A stretch of 64,000 nt of DNA from Chloroflexota bacterium (GCA_049325275.1 JBMOLU010000009.1:45103-109102); one strand, 5' to 3'; positions 43,354 to 54,844 are shown, counted from the first letter of the stretch. Notes: generated from the letters alone by a model not told the origin. A program made the numbers and translations.

Positions 43354-44486
43354 TGACCCAAGCAACTCTCGTACTTCAAGATGGCACCATTCTCCAGGGC
43401 GAAGCCTTCGGAGCCGAAGCCGACCGTGTTTTCGAGCTGGTTTTCAATACCTCGATGACCGGCTACCAGGAAATTCTCACCGATCCGTCCTACCGCGGCC
43501 AGGCCGTGCTCTTCACTTGCTCGCATATCGGTAACGTCGGCATCAACACCGAGGATCACGAATCTCGTATCCCGCAGGTTTCAGCGGCGGTGGTACGGGC
43601 GCTCAGCCCAATCGTCTCCAACTGGCGGGCGACGCAAGATCTGTCGGCGTGGCTGGCCACGCACGGCGTGCCCGGCATCAGCGGCGTCGACACGCGCTAT
43701 CTCACCCGCAAGTTGCGCGATGGGGGCACGCAAAAAGCGGCCATCTCCACCCGCGGCACACCCGCCGCAAAGCTACTGGACATGGCGCGTGAATGGTCTG
43801 GCCTGGACGGGCTTGACATGGTCAAAGAAGTCACCTGTCCTGAGCCTTACCCATGGACGGGCGACCTCGGCTCCAAATGGGTGCCGCAAACCGCTGGCGC
43901 ACCACGAAAGCCCATCCGCATGGTCGCCTACGACTTCGGCATCAAGCACAACATCCTGCGCCACCTGGCGAGCTATGGCGCCAGCGTCACCGTCGTCCCG
44001 GCCGACACACCGGCCAGTGAAGTCCTGGCGATGAAGCCCGAGGCGATCTTCCTCTCCAACGGCCCCGGCGACCCGGAAGGGCTGCCGTATGCCGTCGAGG
44101 CAGTACGTGGCTTGCTGGATGCGGACGTGCCCATCCTGGGTATCTGCCTCGGCCACCAGCTGATCGGCATGGCCGTGGGCGGTAAAAAGACGCGCCTGAA
44201 GTTCGGCCACCACGCCGGCAACCACCCCGTGCAAGATTTACGCAGCGGCAAAGTGCAAATTACCGCCCAAAACCACAACTACTGTGTCGAAGCCGACAGC
44301 CTCGACCCGGCCCAGGTCGAAGTCACCCATCTCAGCCTGAACGATAACTCGCTCGAAGGCCTGCGCCTGCGTGACCGCCTGGTGATGAGCGTGCAATATC
44401 ACCCCGAAGCAGCTCCCGGGCCGCACGATGCCATCCCGGTGTTCGAGGAGTTTTTTGGGGCGCTGGAGGTGAGGCGTGATGCGTGA
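43350..44486 (+). CDS. carA: Carbamoyl-phosphate synthase small subunit
   Basis: [36 protein letters not shown]. Confidence 0.97.
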   Translation: MMTQATLVLQDGTILQGEAFGAEADRVFELVFNTSMTGYQEILTDPSYRGQAVLFTCSHIGNVGINTEDHESRIPQVSAAVVRALSPIVSNWRATQDLSAWLATHGVPGISGVDTRYLTRKLRDGGTQKAAISTRGTPAAKLLDMAREWSGLDGLDMVKEVTCPEPYPWTGDLGSKWVPQTAGAPRKPIRMVAYDFGIKHNILRHLASYGASVTVVPADTPASEVLAMKPEAIFLSNGPGDPEGLPYAVEAVRGLLDADVPILGICLGHQLIGMAVGGKKTRLKFGHHAGNHPVQDLRSGKVQITAQNHNYCVEADSLDPAQVEVTHLSLNDNSLEGLRLRDRLVMSVQYHPEAAPGPHDAIPVFEEFFGALEVRRDA

Positions 44487-44515
44487 AGTCACGTATCACG
44501 TTTCACGCGTTACGC
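44474..44515. repeat. Heptamer-built palindrome overlapping the carA stop
   Basis: cgtgatgcgtga-ag-tcacgtatcacg tttcacg cgttacg. Confidence 0.7.
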
Positions 44516-44526
44516 AACCCTAACAC

Positions 44527-45330
44527 ATGAACCTCCTCTCCAATCCATCCTACCTCCTCACGCATCAATATCAAAACGCATCCAACCTGGAAGCGCGCAT
44601 GCAGTTACACGAGCGTTTCAGCACCAATCCATACCCCTGGCACCGCTGGGTGTTCGACCAGTTCGAGCTGCCCGCGGAGGCGTGTGTTTTAGAGCTGGGC
44701 TGCGGGCCGGCCAGATTGTGGACGGAGAACCTGGATCGGGTGCCTGCCGGTTGGGCGATCACGCTGTCCGATTTTTCTACGGGAATGCTCGCCCAGGCCC
44801 AGCAAAACCTGGCGCAAGCCACGCATCCTTTCCGCTTCGAGCAGGTCGACGCCCAGTCCATCCCGTTCGATGATGCTGCCTTCGACGCCGTCATCGCCAA
44901 CCAGATGCTTTACCACGTGCCCGATCTGCCGCAAGCGCTCGGCGAAATCCGGCGCGTGCTCAAACCCGGCGGGCGCCTGTATGCCGGCACGAACGGCGCC
45001 AACCACCTGCGCGAGCTGGACGATCTGATCCGCGCTTTCGACCCAGACTTGACGTTCATGCAGCAAATCTCGCTCAAATTCACGCTGGAAAACGGCGGCG
45101 ATCAACTTGCGCCCTGTTTCGGCTCCATTCAAATCGTACGCCAGCCTAATGCGCTGGTCGTCACCGAAGCCGGCCCGCTGGTAGACTATGTGCGTTCGAT
45201 GATGCGCATTTCGCTTGCTGAAAGCAAGTTCAAAGAAAAATTCCCGCAGTACGTTGCCGATGTCTTGCAGAAAAACGGCGGGCAAATCCGCATCAGCAAA
45301 GATGCCGGGTTGTTTACGGCCAGATGTTGA
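44527..45330 (+). CDS. Class I SAM-dependent methyltransferase
   Basis: VLELGCGP, DFSTGML, MLYHVPD, RVLKPGG. Confidence 0.9.
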   Translation: MNLLSNPSYLLTHQYQNASNLEARMQLHERFSTNPYPWHRWVFDQFELPAEACVLELGCGPARLWTENLDRVPAGWAITLSDFSTGMLAQAQQNLAQATHPFRFEQVDAQSIPFDDAAFDAVIANQMLYHVPDLPQALGEIRRVLKPGGRLYAGTNGANHLRELDDLIRAFDPDLTFMQQISLKFTLENGGDQLAPCFGSIQIVRQPNALVVTEAGPLVDYVRSMMRISLAESKFKEKFPQYVADVLQKNGGQIRISKDAGLFTARC

Positions 45331-45348
45331 TGAGAAAAAGCCGCTCTT

Positions 45349-46109
45349 TTGCGCTATATCCGTAGTATGAAAACGCAGCAAACAATCAAATTTCTCTTTT
45401 TGTTTCCTGTCAACAGTGGACGAGAACTGCCAGTCCAATCAGGAGTTGAGGGTATTCAACTTCACTACGAACGCCCAAACGGCGTGCTGTTTTTAGGAAA
45501 CTCGCTAAAACGAACAAATTCCCGCTGCGCACGGATAGCGTCCACATTCCTTATGGGAAGCACACGTTGAAATATCCCGTCCATCCACAAGCAGAGACCA
45601 GTCACTTTGGTAATGACAAAAAGCGTGAAGAGCACTGGACATCAAATCCCTTGGGCGCAAAACCTAAAGGTATTTCAGAACTCCCGACCACCTGTAATGG
45701 CATGGGAGAAAAAACACTCCATCCAACAATGAGTTATCAGCACGACTTATTATTGTTTCAAGGGGACAAACTCAAGGTAATTGGTTCTGCTGTAAACACC
45801 TCCAGCAAGGATCGGCTCGACAAGATTTTCATCGATACGTTTTTATATAGCCGCCTAACTGAAACGGCCATCCCTCACACCGCTATTTTCTTGAACGATG
45901 TTCAAAGAAAGAAAACGAGGCGAGAAAAGGAGTATGGCGTTAATGCAACCTTCCTTCCAGGGCATTTCAAAGGGTATACGGTCAAACTAAATCCATTCGA
46001 TGGGGTTTACCACTGCGATATTCGTCCCAACATGCAAACCGATGAATTTTTGAAGGCCCATATCAAGAGCATGATGCTTTTTCTGCGGTGGCTTGGGAGA
46101 GCTTTGTAA
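45349..46109 (+). pseudogene. Low-GC fragmented remnant, possibly of a restriction-modification system
   Basis: Two short ORFs with poor starts; HYERPNGVLFLGNSL resembles a DNA MTase N-terminus; D..IGSAVNTSSKDR..D resembles a PD-(D/E)xK core. Confidence 0.35.
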
Positions 46110-46113
46110 ATCT

Positions 46114-46734
46114 ATGAACCACTTCGACCTCGGCGCCCGTGAATGGGATAACGACCCCAAGCGCATCCTGCGCGCCAACACCGTGGCGCAGGCCATCGTT
46201 GCCGCAGTACCTTTGAACCGGCAAATGGCCGCCCTCGAATACGGCTGCGGCACCGGGCTGCTTTCGTTTGCCTTGCAGCCACACCTCGGGCCGATCACGC
46301 TGGCCGATAGCTCTGCCGGCATGTTGGAAGTCTTAAGCGAAAAAATCGCCGCAGCAGGGATCACGAATATGGCGCCCCTGTGGCTCGATCTTGCCACCCA
46401 AACGCTTCCTGGCGAACACTTCGACATCATCTACACCCTGATGGCGCTGCACCACATCCCCGATACCACCGCCATCCTGGGCAGCTTCCATACCCTGCTC
46501 AATCCCGGCGGCCACCTGTGCATCGCCGACCTGGACCAGGAAGATGGATCTTTTCACACACACGAATCGGGTTTCGATGGCCACCACGGCTTCGAACGCA
46601 CGGCCTTAACCCGGCAGCTTTCGCAGGCCGGTTTCGATCACATTCGCTTCACGACCTGCTTCGAGATGACGAAAAACGGACGAGTATATCCTATTTTTCT
46701 AGCCACTGCAAAAAGCGTGAAACGTGATGCGTGA
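46114..46734 (+). CDS. Class I SAM-dependent methyltransferase
   Basis: FD..AREWD, LEYGCGTG, MALHHIPD, LNPGG.L.IADL. Confidence 0.9.
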   Translation: MNHFDLGAREWDNDPKRILRANTVAQAIVAAVPLNRQMAALEYGCGTGLLSFALQPHLGPITLADSSAGMLEVLSEKIAAAGITNMAPLWLDLATQTLPGEHFDIIYTLMALHHIPDTTAILGSFHTLLNPGGHLCIADLDQEDGSFHTHESGFDGHHGFERTALTRQLSQAGFDHIRFTTCFEMTKNGRVYPIFLATAKSVKRDA

Positions 46735-46765
46735 GCCAATCACGCTTCATCCATCACATTTCACA
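46715..46765. repeat. Heptamer-built palindrome overlapping the MTase stop
   Basis: cgtgaaa cgtgatg cgtgagccaatcacg cttcatc catcaca tttcaca. Confidence 0.7.
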
Positions 46766-46784
46766 CATTCCTATGAACATCCCT

Positions 46785-47123
46785 ATGAACATCCCTAACT
46801 TCAACACCTACCAAACCGAATCACGCAAAACCTGGAGCCTGATCCACACCGATCATGCCATCGTTTACCCCACGCTCGGCCTGGCCAACGAAGCCGGTGA
46901 AGTGGCCGGCAAAGTCAAAAAACTCTTTCGTGACAAAAACGGCCAGATTTCCGCCGCCGACCGCGAAGCGCTCAAACAGGAACTCGGCGACGTGCTCTGG
47001 TATCTGGCGCAAATCTGCACCGAGCTCGATCTCTCGCTTCAAGAAATCGCCGAAGCCAACCTCGCCAAGCTCTTCGACCGGCTGGAACGCGGGGTGATTC
47101 GAGGCGACGGCGATCAGCGATAA
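46785..47123 (+). CDS. MazG-like nucleotide pyrophosphohydrolase
   Basis: LGLANEAGEV..KVKK, ELGDVLWY, N..KL..R, GDGDQR; alternative start at 46773 from a 12-bp duplication. Confidence 0.9.
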   Translation: MNIPNFNTYQTESRKTWSLIHTDHAIVYPTLGLANEAGEVAGKVKKLFRDKNGQISAADREALKQELGDVLWYLAQICTELDLSLQEIAEANLAKLFDRLERGVIRGDGDQR

Positions 47124-47128
47124 GATTA

Positions 47129-47181
47129 TGTGAAACGCGGAACGTGATGCGTGAGTCAATCACATTTCACGCATCACGCAC
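47129..47181. repeat. Heptamer-built palindrome
   Basis: tgtgaaa cgcggaa cgtgatg cgtgagtcaatcaca tttcacg catcacg. Confidence 0.7.
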
Positions 47182-47201
47182 CAAGCAACAAGGTACTTTT
47201 T

Positions 47202-47969
47202 ATGCTCACAAATGCTACTCTGTCCACATCATCCTGGCTTACCCGCTGGGATCGCATGCAAGAACGCTACCTTGTGGCGCGTGACGAGCGCTTCGCCGTC
47301 ATGGCGCAGCTCGTCCGGGCGACACGAGGCGACGCGCCCCAGATTCTCGACCTGGGCTGCGGCACGGGCAGCGTGATGGCAGCCCTGCTCGAAGCCATCC
47401 CCGGCAGCCGCGCTGTCGGCGTGGATATGGATCCGACCTTGCTCCGTTTGGCCGAAATGAGGCTGAACACCTACGGGGAACGGGCACAGGCGCTTTGGGC
47501 CGATCTGCGCCAGCCTGGCTGGGAGTCGCGGCTTCAACCGAAAAGATTCGGCGTCCTTGTTTCGGCAACGGCCCTGCACTGGCTGAGCACCGAGCAGCTC
47601 TCTGCGCTATACACCCAGGTTGCCGGCCTTCTCGAACCGGGCGGCATCTTCCTGAATGCCGACCACGTCGCCAGCGATCATCCCCAGGTTCAACAATCCT
47701 GGGAACGGAACCGGGCGCAAGCCCTGGCCACAAACGCTGCCATGGAAGGCGAAGACTGGGATTCTTTCTGGTCTGCCTATTTAGCCGAACTCGGCCCCGA
47801 AGCTGCCGCCGAACGCCAACGCGTCCTTGGCGAGTGGCACGGCGTCGAAGCCGGCCAACCGCTCGCCTGGCACCTCGACCAATTGCGCCAGGCCGGCTTT
47901 TCTTCCGTCGATTGTTTCTGGCGCGCCGACTGTGACGCGATTTACGGCGGCGTAAAACGCGGCGCCTAA
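47202..47969 (+). CDS. Class I SAM-dependent methyltransferase
   Basis: [33 protein letters not shown]. Confidence 0.88.
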   Translation: MLTNATLSTSSWLTRWDRMQERYLVARDERFAVMAQLVRATRGDAPQILDLGCGTGSVMAALLEAIPGSRAVGVDMDPTLLRLAEMRLNTYGERAQALWADLRQPGWESRLQPKRFGVLVSATALHWLSTEQLSALYTQVAGLLEPGGIFLNADHVASDHPQVQQSWERNRAQALATNAAMEGEDWDSFWSAYLAELGPEAAAERQRVLGEWHGVEAGQPLAWHLDQLRQAGFSSVDCFWRADCDAIYGGVKRGA

Positions 47970-48020
47970 GCCCGATCCTCTATCGTTTCACGCATCACGT
48001 ATCACGTTTCACCCATCACG
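47951..48020. repeat. Heptamer tract before carB
   Basis: cgtaaaa cgcggcg .. tttcacg catcacg tatcacg tttcacc catcacg. Confidence 0.7.
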
Positions 48021-48030
48021 TAAGGAACCT

Positions 48031-51000
48031 ATGCCTAAACGAACTGACATTCACACCATCCTCGTCCCCGGCTCCGGCCCGATTGTCATCGGCCAGGCGG
48101 CCGAGTTCGACTACTCCGGCACGCAGGCCGTCAAGGCGCTGCGCAGCCAGGGGTACCGTGTCGTGTTGGTCAACTCGAACCCAGCCACGATCATGACCGA
48201 TCCTGAGCTGGCCGACGCCACCTACATCGAACCGCTGACCCCTGAAGCGCTCGAGGCGATCATCGCCCAGGAAAAACCCGACGCCATGCTGCCAACCGTC
48301 GGCGGGCAAACCGGCCTCAACCTGGCCCTGGCGCTGAGCGAGAACGGCGTACTGGAAAGATATGGCGTCAAGCTGATCGGCGCAACACTGGAGGCCATCG
48401 AGGCCGCCGAGGACCGCCGCAAATTCCGCGACACGATGCTCGCCCATGGTCTGCCCGTGCCCAAGGGTGGCCCCGTCCAAACGTTGGAAGAAGCCGAAGC
48501 CCTGGCAGCCGAAATCGGCTATCCGCTGCTGGTGCGGGCCTCGTTTGCCCTGGGCGGCAGCGGGGCGGCCTGGATTTACGAGCACAGCCAACTGCGCGAG
48601 GCCACGCGTAAGGCCATCGCCGTCTCGCCGATCGGGCAGGCCTGGGTGGAAGAATCGGTGTTGGGCTGGAAAGAATACGAGCTGGAAGTGATGCGCGACA
48701 AAGCCGATAACTTCGTCGTGGTCTGCTCGATCGAGAATCTCGACCCGATGGGCGTACATACCGGCGACAGCATCACCATCGCCCCGGCGCAAACCCTTAC
48801 CGACCGCGAATACCAGGTCCTGCGCGACCTTGCCAAGGGCGTGATGAGCGCCGTCGGCGTGGAAACCGGCGGGTCGAACGTGCAGTTTGCCGTCGACCCG
48901 CACACCGGGCGCTCGCTGATCATCGAGATGAACCCGCGCGTCAGCCGTTCTTCCTCGCTGGCCTCCAAAGCCACCGGATTCCCGATCGCCAAGCTGGCTG
49001 CCCTGGTCGCCGTCGGCTACACCCTCGACGAAATCGTCAACGACATCACCGGCCAGACCAAGGCCTCTTTCGAGCCGTCACTCGATTACGTCGTCGTCAA
49101 AATCCCGCGCTGGGCCTTCGAGAAATTCCCCGGCGTCGACCCCACCCTCGGCCCGCAGATGAAATCGGTCGGCGAGGCCATGTCGCTTGGACGTACCTTC
49201 CCCGAGGCGCTCAACAAGGCCGTGCAGTCGCTCGAAATCGGCGTGGATGCACTGGATGGGTCCGGCCCCAAAAAGGCGGCTCCCGCAGGGGTCCCCACAC
49301 CCGAAGCCTTGCGCACCCCCACTGCCGACCGGCTCTTTGCTACCTACCGCACCATCCGCGCCGGAACGCCCCTGGAAGAAATTGCAACCGCCACCGGCTT
49401 CGATATGTGGTTCCTGGCGCAGATGAAGGAAATTGCCGGATGTGAGTGGCAGGTGGCAGGGCACAAACCGGGAGTTGCAGGTCAAAAGTCACAGGTCGCA
49501 GATCCGGATGGCGCTCTCAAGCGTTTGCTCCACAAGGCCAAACAAATGGGCTTTGCCGATTCCCACCTCGAACGCCTTCTCCCTCACGCATCACGCATCA
49601 CGCACCACGCCGATACCATCCGCCAACTGCGCAAACAACTCGGCATCCTGCCCACCTTCCAGCGCGTCGATACCTGCGCCGCCGAGTTCGAGGCCAACAC
49701 ACCTTACCTGTATTCCGCCTATGAGATGGCCGACGAGGCGCGCCCCACCAACCGCCAGAAGATTCTGATCCTGGGCGGTGGGCCCAACCGAATCGGGCAG
49801 GGCATCGAATTCGACTACTGCTGCTGCCAGGCGGCCTTCGCATTGGGCGAGATGGGTTTCGAGACGATCATGCTCAACTGCAACCCCGAAACCGTCTCCA
49901 CCGACTACGACACATCCGACCGCCTGTACTTCGAGCCGCTAACCCTGGAACACGTTCTCAACGTGGTCGATCGAGAGAATCCGGTCGGCGTGATCGTCCA
50001 ATTTGGCGGGCAGACGCCGCTCAACCTGTCGCTGGGCCTGCAAGCGGCAGGCGTGCCGATCCTGGGCACGTCACCCCAGGCCATCGAACTGGCCGAGGAC
50101 CGCGAAAAGTTTGCCGCTTTGCTTCACGAACTGGACATCCCCCAGCCTGAAAACGGCATCGCCTGTTCGCTCGAAGAAGCCGAACAAATCGCGCGCAAGC
50201 TGGGTTACCCCGTGCTGGTGCGTCCATCATTTGTGCTTGGTGGGCGCGCCATGGCTATCGTTTACGATGAAGCGCACCTGGAAGGTTTCATCCAGGAAGC
50301 TATCGAAGCTGCCCCCGGCCAGCCGCTGCTGGTCGACCGCTATCTCGAAGATGCATACGAAATCGACGTAGACGCCCTGGCCGACGGAGAACGCGTCGTC
50401 ATCGGGGCGGTTATGCAGCACATCGAGGAAGCCGGCGTTCACTCAGGCGACGCCGCCTGCGTGTTGCCGCCTTACAAAGTCAGCCAGTATCACATCAACA
50501 CCCTGCGTGAATACACCGAAAAGATCGGCCTGGCCCTCAACGTGCGCGGGCTGATGAACGTACAGTACGCCATCAAAGACGATATCGTCTACGTGCTCGA
50601 GGTTAACCCGCGTGCCTCGCGCACCGTACCCTACGCCAGCAAAGCCACCGGCCTCAACCTGGCGAAGATCGCCTCGCAGGTCATGGCCGGCAAAACGCTG
50701 GCCAGCCTGGGGATCACCGAAGAACCCGACCTCGACGGTTTTTTCATCAAGGAAGCCGTTCTGCCCTTCAAAAAGCTGCCCGGGGCCGACGCCATTCTAG
50801 GGCCCGAGATGCGTTCCACCGGCGAGGTCATGGGCCACGCCTCCCACTTCGGCCACGCCTTTGCCAAGTCGCAGCTGGCAGCCGGGTCTGGGCTGCCGCT
50901 CGAAGGCGCCGTGCTGATCACCGTCAATGACTACGACAAGGGCGCCGCGCTCAAGTTTGCCCGCGATCTGCACCGCATGGGCTTCAAACTCTATGCCACC

Positions 51001-51306
51001 CGGGGTACGGCAGCTTTCTTCAGCCACGCCGGGCTGCCGGTAGAGACAGTCAACAAAGCCGCCGAAGGCTCGCCGCACACGGTCGAATTGATCCGCGCTG
51101 GGCAGGTGCAGTTGATCCTCAACACTCCCCTCGGCTCGCAGGCTCACAGCGACGGCAACGAAATCCGCGCTGCGGCCACCTTGATGGAAGTCCCCCTGTT
51201 GACCACGCTCTCTGCCGCCGCGGCGGCCGCAGCAGCCATCCGGGCGTTAAAACAAAAAGATTTCAGTTACCGGAGCTTGCAAGAACACTACCGGCGTAAC
51301 CAGTAG
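48031..51306 (+). CDS. carB: Carbamoyl-phosphate synthase large subunit
   Basis: [56 protein letters not shown]. Confidence 0.98.
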   Translation: MPKRTDIHTILVPGSGPIVIGQAAEFDYSGTQAVKALRSQGYRVVLVNSNPATIMTDPELADATYIEPLTPEALEAIIAQEKPDAMLPTVGGQTGLNLALALSENGVLERYGVKLIGATLEAIEAAEDRRKFRDTMLAHGLPVPKGGPVQTLEEAEALAAEIGYPLLVRASFALGGSGAAWIYEHSQLREATRKAIAVSPIGQAWVEESVLGWKEYELEVMRDKADNFVVVCSIENLDPMGVHTGDSITIAPAQTLTDREYQVLRDLAKGVMSAVGVETGGSNVQFAVDPHTGRSLIIEMNPRVSRSSSLASKATGFPIAKLAALVAVGYTLDEIVNDITGQTKASFEPSLDYVVVKIPRWAFEKFPGVDPTLGPQMKSVGEAMSLGRTFPEALNKAVQSLEIGVDALDGSGPKKAAPAGVPTPEALRTPTADRLFATYRTIRAGTPLEEIATATGFDMWFLAQMKEIAGCEWQVAGHKPGVAGQKSQVADPDGALKRLLHKAKQMGFADSHLERLLPHASRITHHADTIRQLRKQLGILPTFQRVDTCAAEFEANTPYLYSAYEMADEARPTNRQKILILGGGPNRIGQGIEFDYCCCQAAFALGEMGFETIMLNCNPETVSTDYDTSDRLYFEPLTLEHVLNVVDRENPVGVIVQFGGQTPLNLSLGLQAAGVPILGTSPQAIELAEDREKFAALLHELDIPQPENGIACSLEEAEQIARKLGYPVLVRPSFVLGGRAMAIVYDEAHLEGFIQEAIEAAPGQPLLVDRYLEDAYEIDVDALADGERVVIGAVMQHIEEAGVHSGDAACVLPPYKVSQYHINTLREYTEKIGLALNVRGLMNVQYAIKDDIVYVLEVNPRASRTVPYASKATGLNLAKIASQVMAGKTLASLGITEEPDLDGFFIKEAVLPFKKLPGADAILGPEMRSTGEVMGHASHFGHAFAKSQLAAGSGLPLEGAVLITVNDYDKGAALKFARDLHRMGFKLYATRGTAAFFSHAGLPVETVNKAAEGSPHTVELIRAGQVQLILNTPLGSQAHSDGNEIRAAATLMEVPLLTTLSAAAAAAAAIRALKQKDFSYRSLQEHYRRNQ

Positions 51307-51352
51307 ATTTCGCCTGGTTCGATCCCGATCCTGGCGAAACAGCAGCCTGGCA

Positions 51353-51802
51353 ATGAACAGGATGTCATCCACTTCTTGCCCCGAATGCGGGGCTTCCTGG
51401 CCAGAAGGCAGTACCTGCCAGGATTATTTTCACCAGATGCTCTTCTGGGAGTCGGAACATCCGGCTCTCGGGCAAGTGCACCACTTGATGGTACTGTGCT
51501 ATCATATCCAGCATCCCAGCCTGTATTCGCCCGAAGGCCTGCAATATGCCTGGCGGCTCCTGGCCGATTTCGTCGAAAAGGGTATCTCACCCCAAGAGGT
51601 TCGCAATAGCCGCCGCAACGCGGTGGATTCGGGAAAACGCAAATGGAAAGTAAAGGCCACACCTACAGCCCACGGGGCCTACGCTCACCCCATTTCCTGG
51701 CAAATGATGGCCGCCGATGTGGTGGCCGGTGGTGTGGAAAACTACTGCAAAAATGTGGAAAAGTGGGCGCAGATTACATATTCCACGCAGTCCGGGCAAT
51801 AA
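51353..51802 (+). CDS. Hypothetical protein (DUF5946-like)
   Basis: CPECGA..C, HHLMVLCYHIQHP. Confidence 0.65.
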   Translation: MNRMSSTSCPECGASWPEGSTCQDYFHQMLFWESEHPALGQVHHLMVLCYHIQHPSLYSPEGLQYAWRLLADFVEKGISPQEVRNSRRNAVDSGKRKWKVKATPTAHGAYAHPISWQMMAADVVAGGVENYCKNVEKWAQITYSTQSGQ

Positions 51803-51927
51803 AAGGCGCACCTGGAAGGTAGCTGTAAACGTTTGCTCAAAGTTTGTGGTAAAGTCACGGTAACCGTCGCCCAAAGTTTTGGTGTAGCCATAAAAAGATG
51901 AAGTTACCAAAAACAGGAGTCGATCAG

Positions 51928-52686
51928 ATGAGCAATTCACTGGCAGGTAAAGTCGCCCTCGTCACCGGGGGCAGTTCGGGCATCGGCAAGGCCACTGCGC
52001 TGGCCTTCGCTGCCGAGGGGGCGAAAGTCGTCATCGCCAACCGCAACCCCGCAAGCGGTGCGGCCGCCGTGGAGGAGATCCGGCAAGCCGGCGGTGAAGT
52101 CACCTGGATCCAGGCCGACGTCAGCCAGGCCGATCAGGTCGAGGCCCTTGTAAAGCGTACGGTAGAAACCTGTGGCCGGCTCGACTTCGCCTTCAACAAC
52201 GGGGGCTCCGGCGGCATGGGCGGCTGGACGGCCGAGATCGCACCCGAAGAGTGGAACAAAACCATCAATGGCTTCCTGACCAGCGTTTTCCTGTGCATGA
52301 AGTACGAAATCGCCGCTATGCTTGCAAACGGCGGTGTAATCGTCAATAATTCCTCCGTGGATGGCCTGCGCGCCTTCCCGTGGGACCCGGCCTACTCGGC
52401 GGCCAAGCACGGCGTACTCGGGTTGACCAAGTCGGCAGCTATGCAGTACGCCAACCGCGGCATCCGCATCAACGCCGTTTGCCCCGGCTGGATTCGTACC
52501 CCGCCGACGGAAAGCCTCATCCAGCACGATCCCGAGGCCGAGGAGCGCCTGCTCCAGCACCAGCCCATCGGCCGCCTGGGCGAGGCCCGTGAAGTGGCCG
52601 ATGCAGTCGTCTGGCTGTGTTCGGAGAAGGCCTCGCTGATCGTAGGCGTCTCGCTACCGGTAGACGGCGGATACGTCATCCTTTGA
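51928..52686 (+). CDS. Short-chain dehydrogenase/reductase
   Basis: TGGSSGIG, NNGG, YSAAKHG, NAVCPG; AGGAG SD. Confidence 0.94.
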   Translation: MSNSLAGKVALVTGGSSGIGKATALAFAAEGAKVVIANRNPASGAAAVEEIRQAGGEVTWIQADVSQADQVEALVKRTVETCGRLDFAFNNGGSGGMGGWTAEIAPEEWNKTINGFLTSVFLCMKYEIAAMLANGGVIVNNSSVDGLRAFPWDPAYSAAKHGVLGLTKSAAMQYANRGIRINAVCPGWIRTPPTESLIQHDPEAEERLLQHQPIGRLGEAREVADAVVWLCSEKASLIVGVSLPVDGGYVIL

Positions 52687-52807
52687 CATGGTTTGAGCGT
52701 AACCACATGGCAAAGGCCGGTGTGAGCATGTTTACGGCAGCCCGGCGGTCAGATGCGCTTTGGACAGCAGGAACCGCCAGGACAACCGCCCCGGAGGATG
52801 TATCTTC

Positions 52808-53596
52808 ATGCAACTCGAACTGCTCGAAAGCCACCCGTCGAATGCAGCCCACGTCACCCCGATCCTTTTCGTTCACGGATCCTGGCACGCTGCCTGGTGT
52901 TGGGAGAATTTCCTGCCGTACTTTGCCGAACACGGCTATCACGCCTATGCCCTGAGCCTGCGCGGGCACGGGAAGAGCGAAGGACGCGAGAAGATTCGTT
53001 GGCTGAGCGCAACGCGCGACTACGTAGCCGACGTGGACCAGGTCGTTCAGGCACTGGGTGCGCCACCGGTGCTTGTCGGCCATTCCACCGGCGGATACGT
53101 GGTCCAGAAATACCTCGAGAAACATCACCTGCCTGCGGGTGTTTTGTTGGCATCGGTACCCGTGTCGGGGATACTAGGCTTTGGCGTGCGCCACAGCCTG
53201 CGTCATCCCTGGGCTTTCATCAAATCCCACTTGCTGCTCGATCCGTGGCATCTTGTGGCGACCCCCACACTGGCTCAGGATGCTTTTTTCTCGGCGACCC
53301 TGCCGGTCGAAGCAGCAGCCCGTCACTTCGCCCGTTTACAAACCGAATCGCTGCGCATCGAAGCGGAAATGCTGTTCTTGGCCTTGCCACGCCCCGGCCG
53401 GGTGAAAACCCCACTGCTGGTGCTGGCCGCAGCAGACGATCGCATCTATTCGGCGGCCGAGGCACGCGCCACGGCGCGCGCTTATCGCACCCAGGCAGAA
53501 ATATTTGCAGGCATGGCCCACGATATGATGTTGGAACCCGGCTGGCAAAAGGTGGCCGACCGGATTTTGAACTGGTTAGAGGCGCGCAAGCTTTAG
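52808..53596 (+). CDS. Alpha/beta hydrolase
   Basis: FVHG..W, LRGHG.S, GHSTG, AHDMML; GGAGG SD. Confidence 0.9.
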   Translation: MQLELLESHPSNAAHVTPILFVHGSWHAAWCWENFLPYFAEHGYHAYALSLRGHGKSEGREKIRWLSATRDYVADVDQVVQALGAPPVLVGHSTGGYVVQKYLEKHHLPAGVLLASVPVSGILGFGVRHSLRHPWAFIKSHLLLDPWHLVATPTLAQDAFFSATLPVEAAARHFARLQTESLRIEAEMLFLALPRPGRVKTPLLVLAAADDRIYSAAEARATARAYRTQAEIFAGMAHDMMLEPGWQKVADRILNWLEARKL

Positions 53597-53605
53597 CGCC
53601 TCGAC

Positions 53606-54844
53606 TTACTCTCTCGAAATCAAGCGCACCGCCCGATCGTAGAAGAAGTAATCCCAGGCCCAGTTGATCAGCACGATCAGGCGATTCCGGAAGCCGATCA
53701 GGTTGATGAGGTGAACGAACAACCACATCAACCAGGCCAGGAAGCCGCGAAACGTCCACTTCCCGAGGCGGGCAACGGCCGAATTACGTCCAATCGTTGC
53801 CAGCGAACCCGGGTCGCGGTAAACAAACGCTTTCGTGGGCCGGTTTTGCAGTTTTGCGGCAATATTGGCGGCGGCCACCTCCGCCTGTTGGACGGCCACC
53901 GGCACCATCATCGGCAGCGCCATGCCATCCGTCTCCAGGTAGGCGGCATCACCAATCGCGTACACATCGGGCCGGCCGGGGAGGTTTAGTTCGGGCGTGA
54001 CGACGATGCGCCCCTGGCGGGCTTGCGCCACTCCCAGGCGATCGGCCAACGCCGCCACACGCACGCCGGCAGACCAGAGCAGCGTGTTGGCGGGAATCGT
54101 CTCGCCACTTTGCAGCGTCACCACCTGCCCGTCGTAACCGGCCACCTTGGCGTTCAGGCGTACGTCCACGTGCTTGTCGGCCAGCGATTTTAACGCCGTT
54201 TGCTGCAAGTTGGCCGGAAAACCGGGCAGGATCGTTTCCAGAGCTTCCAGCAGAATCACCTGCACGTCGTCCAGATTTAATGAGGGATAATCGCGCCGTA
54301 GTACCAGTCGGATCAGTTCGGCGAAGGCCCCGGCACTTTCCACACCGGTCGGCCCGCCGCCCACGATCACGAACGTCAGCAAGGCGCGGCAAGGCGCAGG
54401 ATCGTCGGTATGCGCAGCCTGTTCGAACTGGCGCAGCACGTGGTTCCGTAACGTAATGGCATCTTCCAGGTCTTTGAGTGTAAATGCGTTTTCGGCCAGT
54501 GAAGTGTTGCCGAAGAAATTAACGGCCGCCCCGGCGGCAACGATCAGGGCATCGTAGCGCACCGGACCTTGATCCGTTTGCACCGTTTTCGTATCGAAAT
54601 CGACACTGTGGACCTCAGCCAACAAGAATTCGACGTTCTCGTGCCTGTGAAAGATCGCCCGCACGGGATAAGCGATTTCGTTCGGCGAAATGCCCGCCGT
54701 GGCCACCTGATAGAGCAAAGGCTGGAACAGGTGATAGTTACGCCGGTCGATCAACGTGACCCGCACCGGTTGTTCGGCCAACTTTTGCGCCGCACGTAGC
54801 CCACCGAAACCGGCACCAATGATGACGACATGGGGAACGTTCAT
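53606..54844 (-). CDS. ndh: Type II NADH dehydrogenase
   Basis: GAGFGG, FQPLLYQVAT, GGGPTGVE, AIGD, Y.D.GSLATIGR. Confidence 0.94.
   Translation of the reverse strand: MNVPHVVIIGAGFGGLRAAQKLAEQPVRVTLIDRRNYHLFQPLLYQVATAGISPNEIAYPVRAIFHRHENVEFLLAEVHSVDFDTKTVQTDQGPVRYDALIVAAGAAVNFFGNTSLAENAFTLKDLEDAITLRNHVLRQFEQAAHTDDPAPCRALLTFVIVGGGPTGVESAGAFAELIRLVLRRDYPSLNLDDVQVILLEALETILPGFPANLQQTALKSLADKHVDVRLNAKVAGYDGQVVTLQSGETIPANTLLWSAGVRVAALADRLGVAQARQGRIVVTPELNLPGRPDVYAIGDAAYLETDGMALPMMVPVAVQQAEVAAANIAAKLQNRPTKAFVYRDPGSLATIGRNSAVARLGKWTFRGFLAWLMWLFVHLINLIGFRNRLIVLINWAWDYFFYDRAVRLISRE

Noticed and set aside
46770-46796. 12-bp tandem duplication cctatgaacatc at the MazG start
   Set aside because: Simple slippage duplication; it only makes the start codon ambiguous
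44474-48020. Junction repeats as a CRISPR array or canonical attC sites
   Set aside because: Units are degenerate 7-mers separated by whole genes; no cas gene or integrase, and no clear RYYYAAC/GTTRRRY ends
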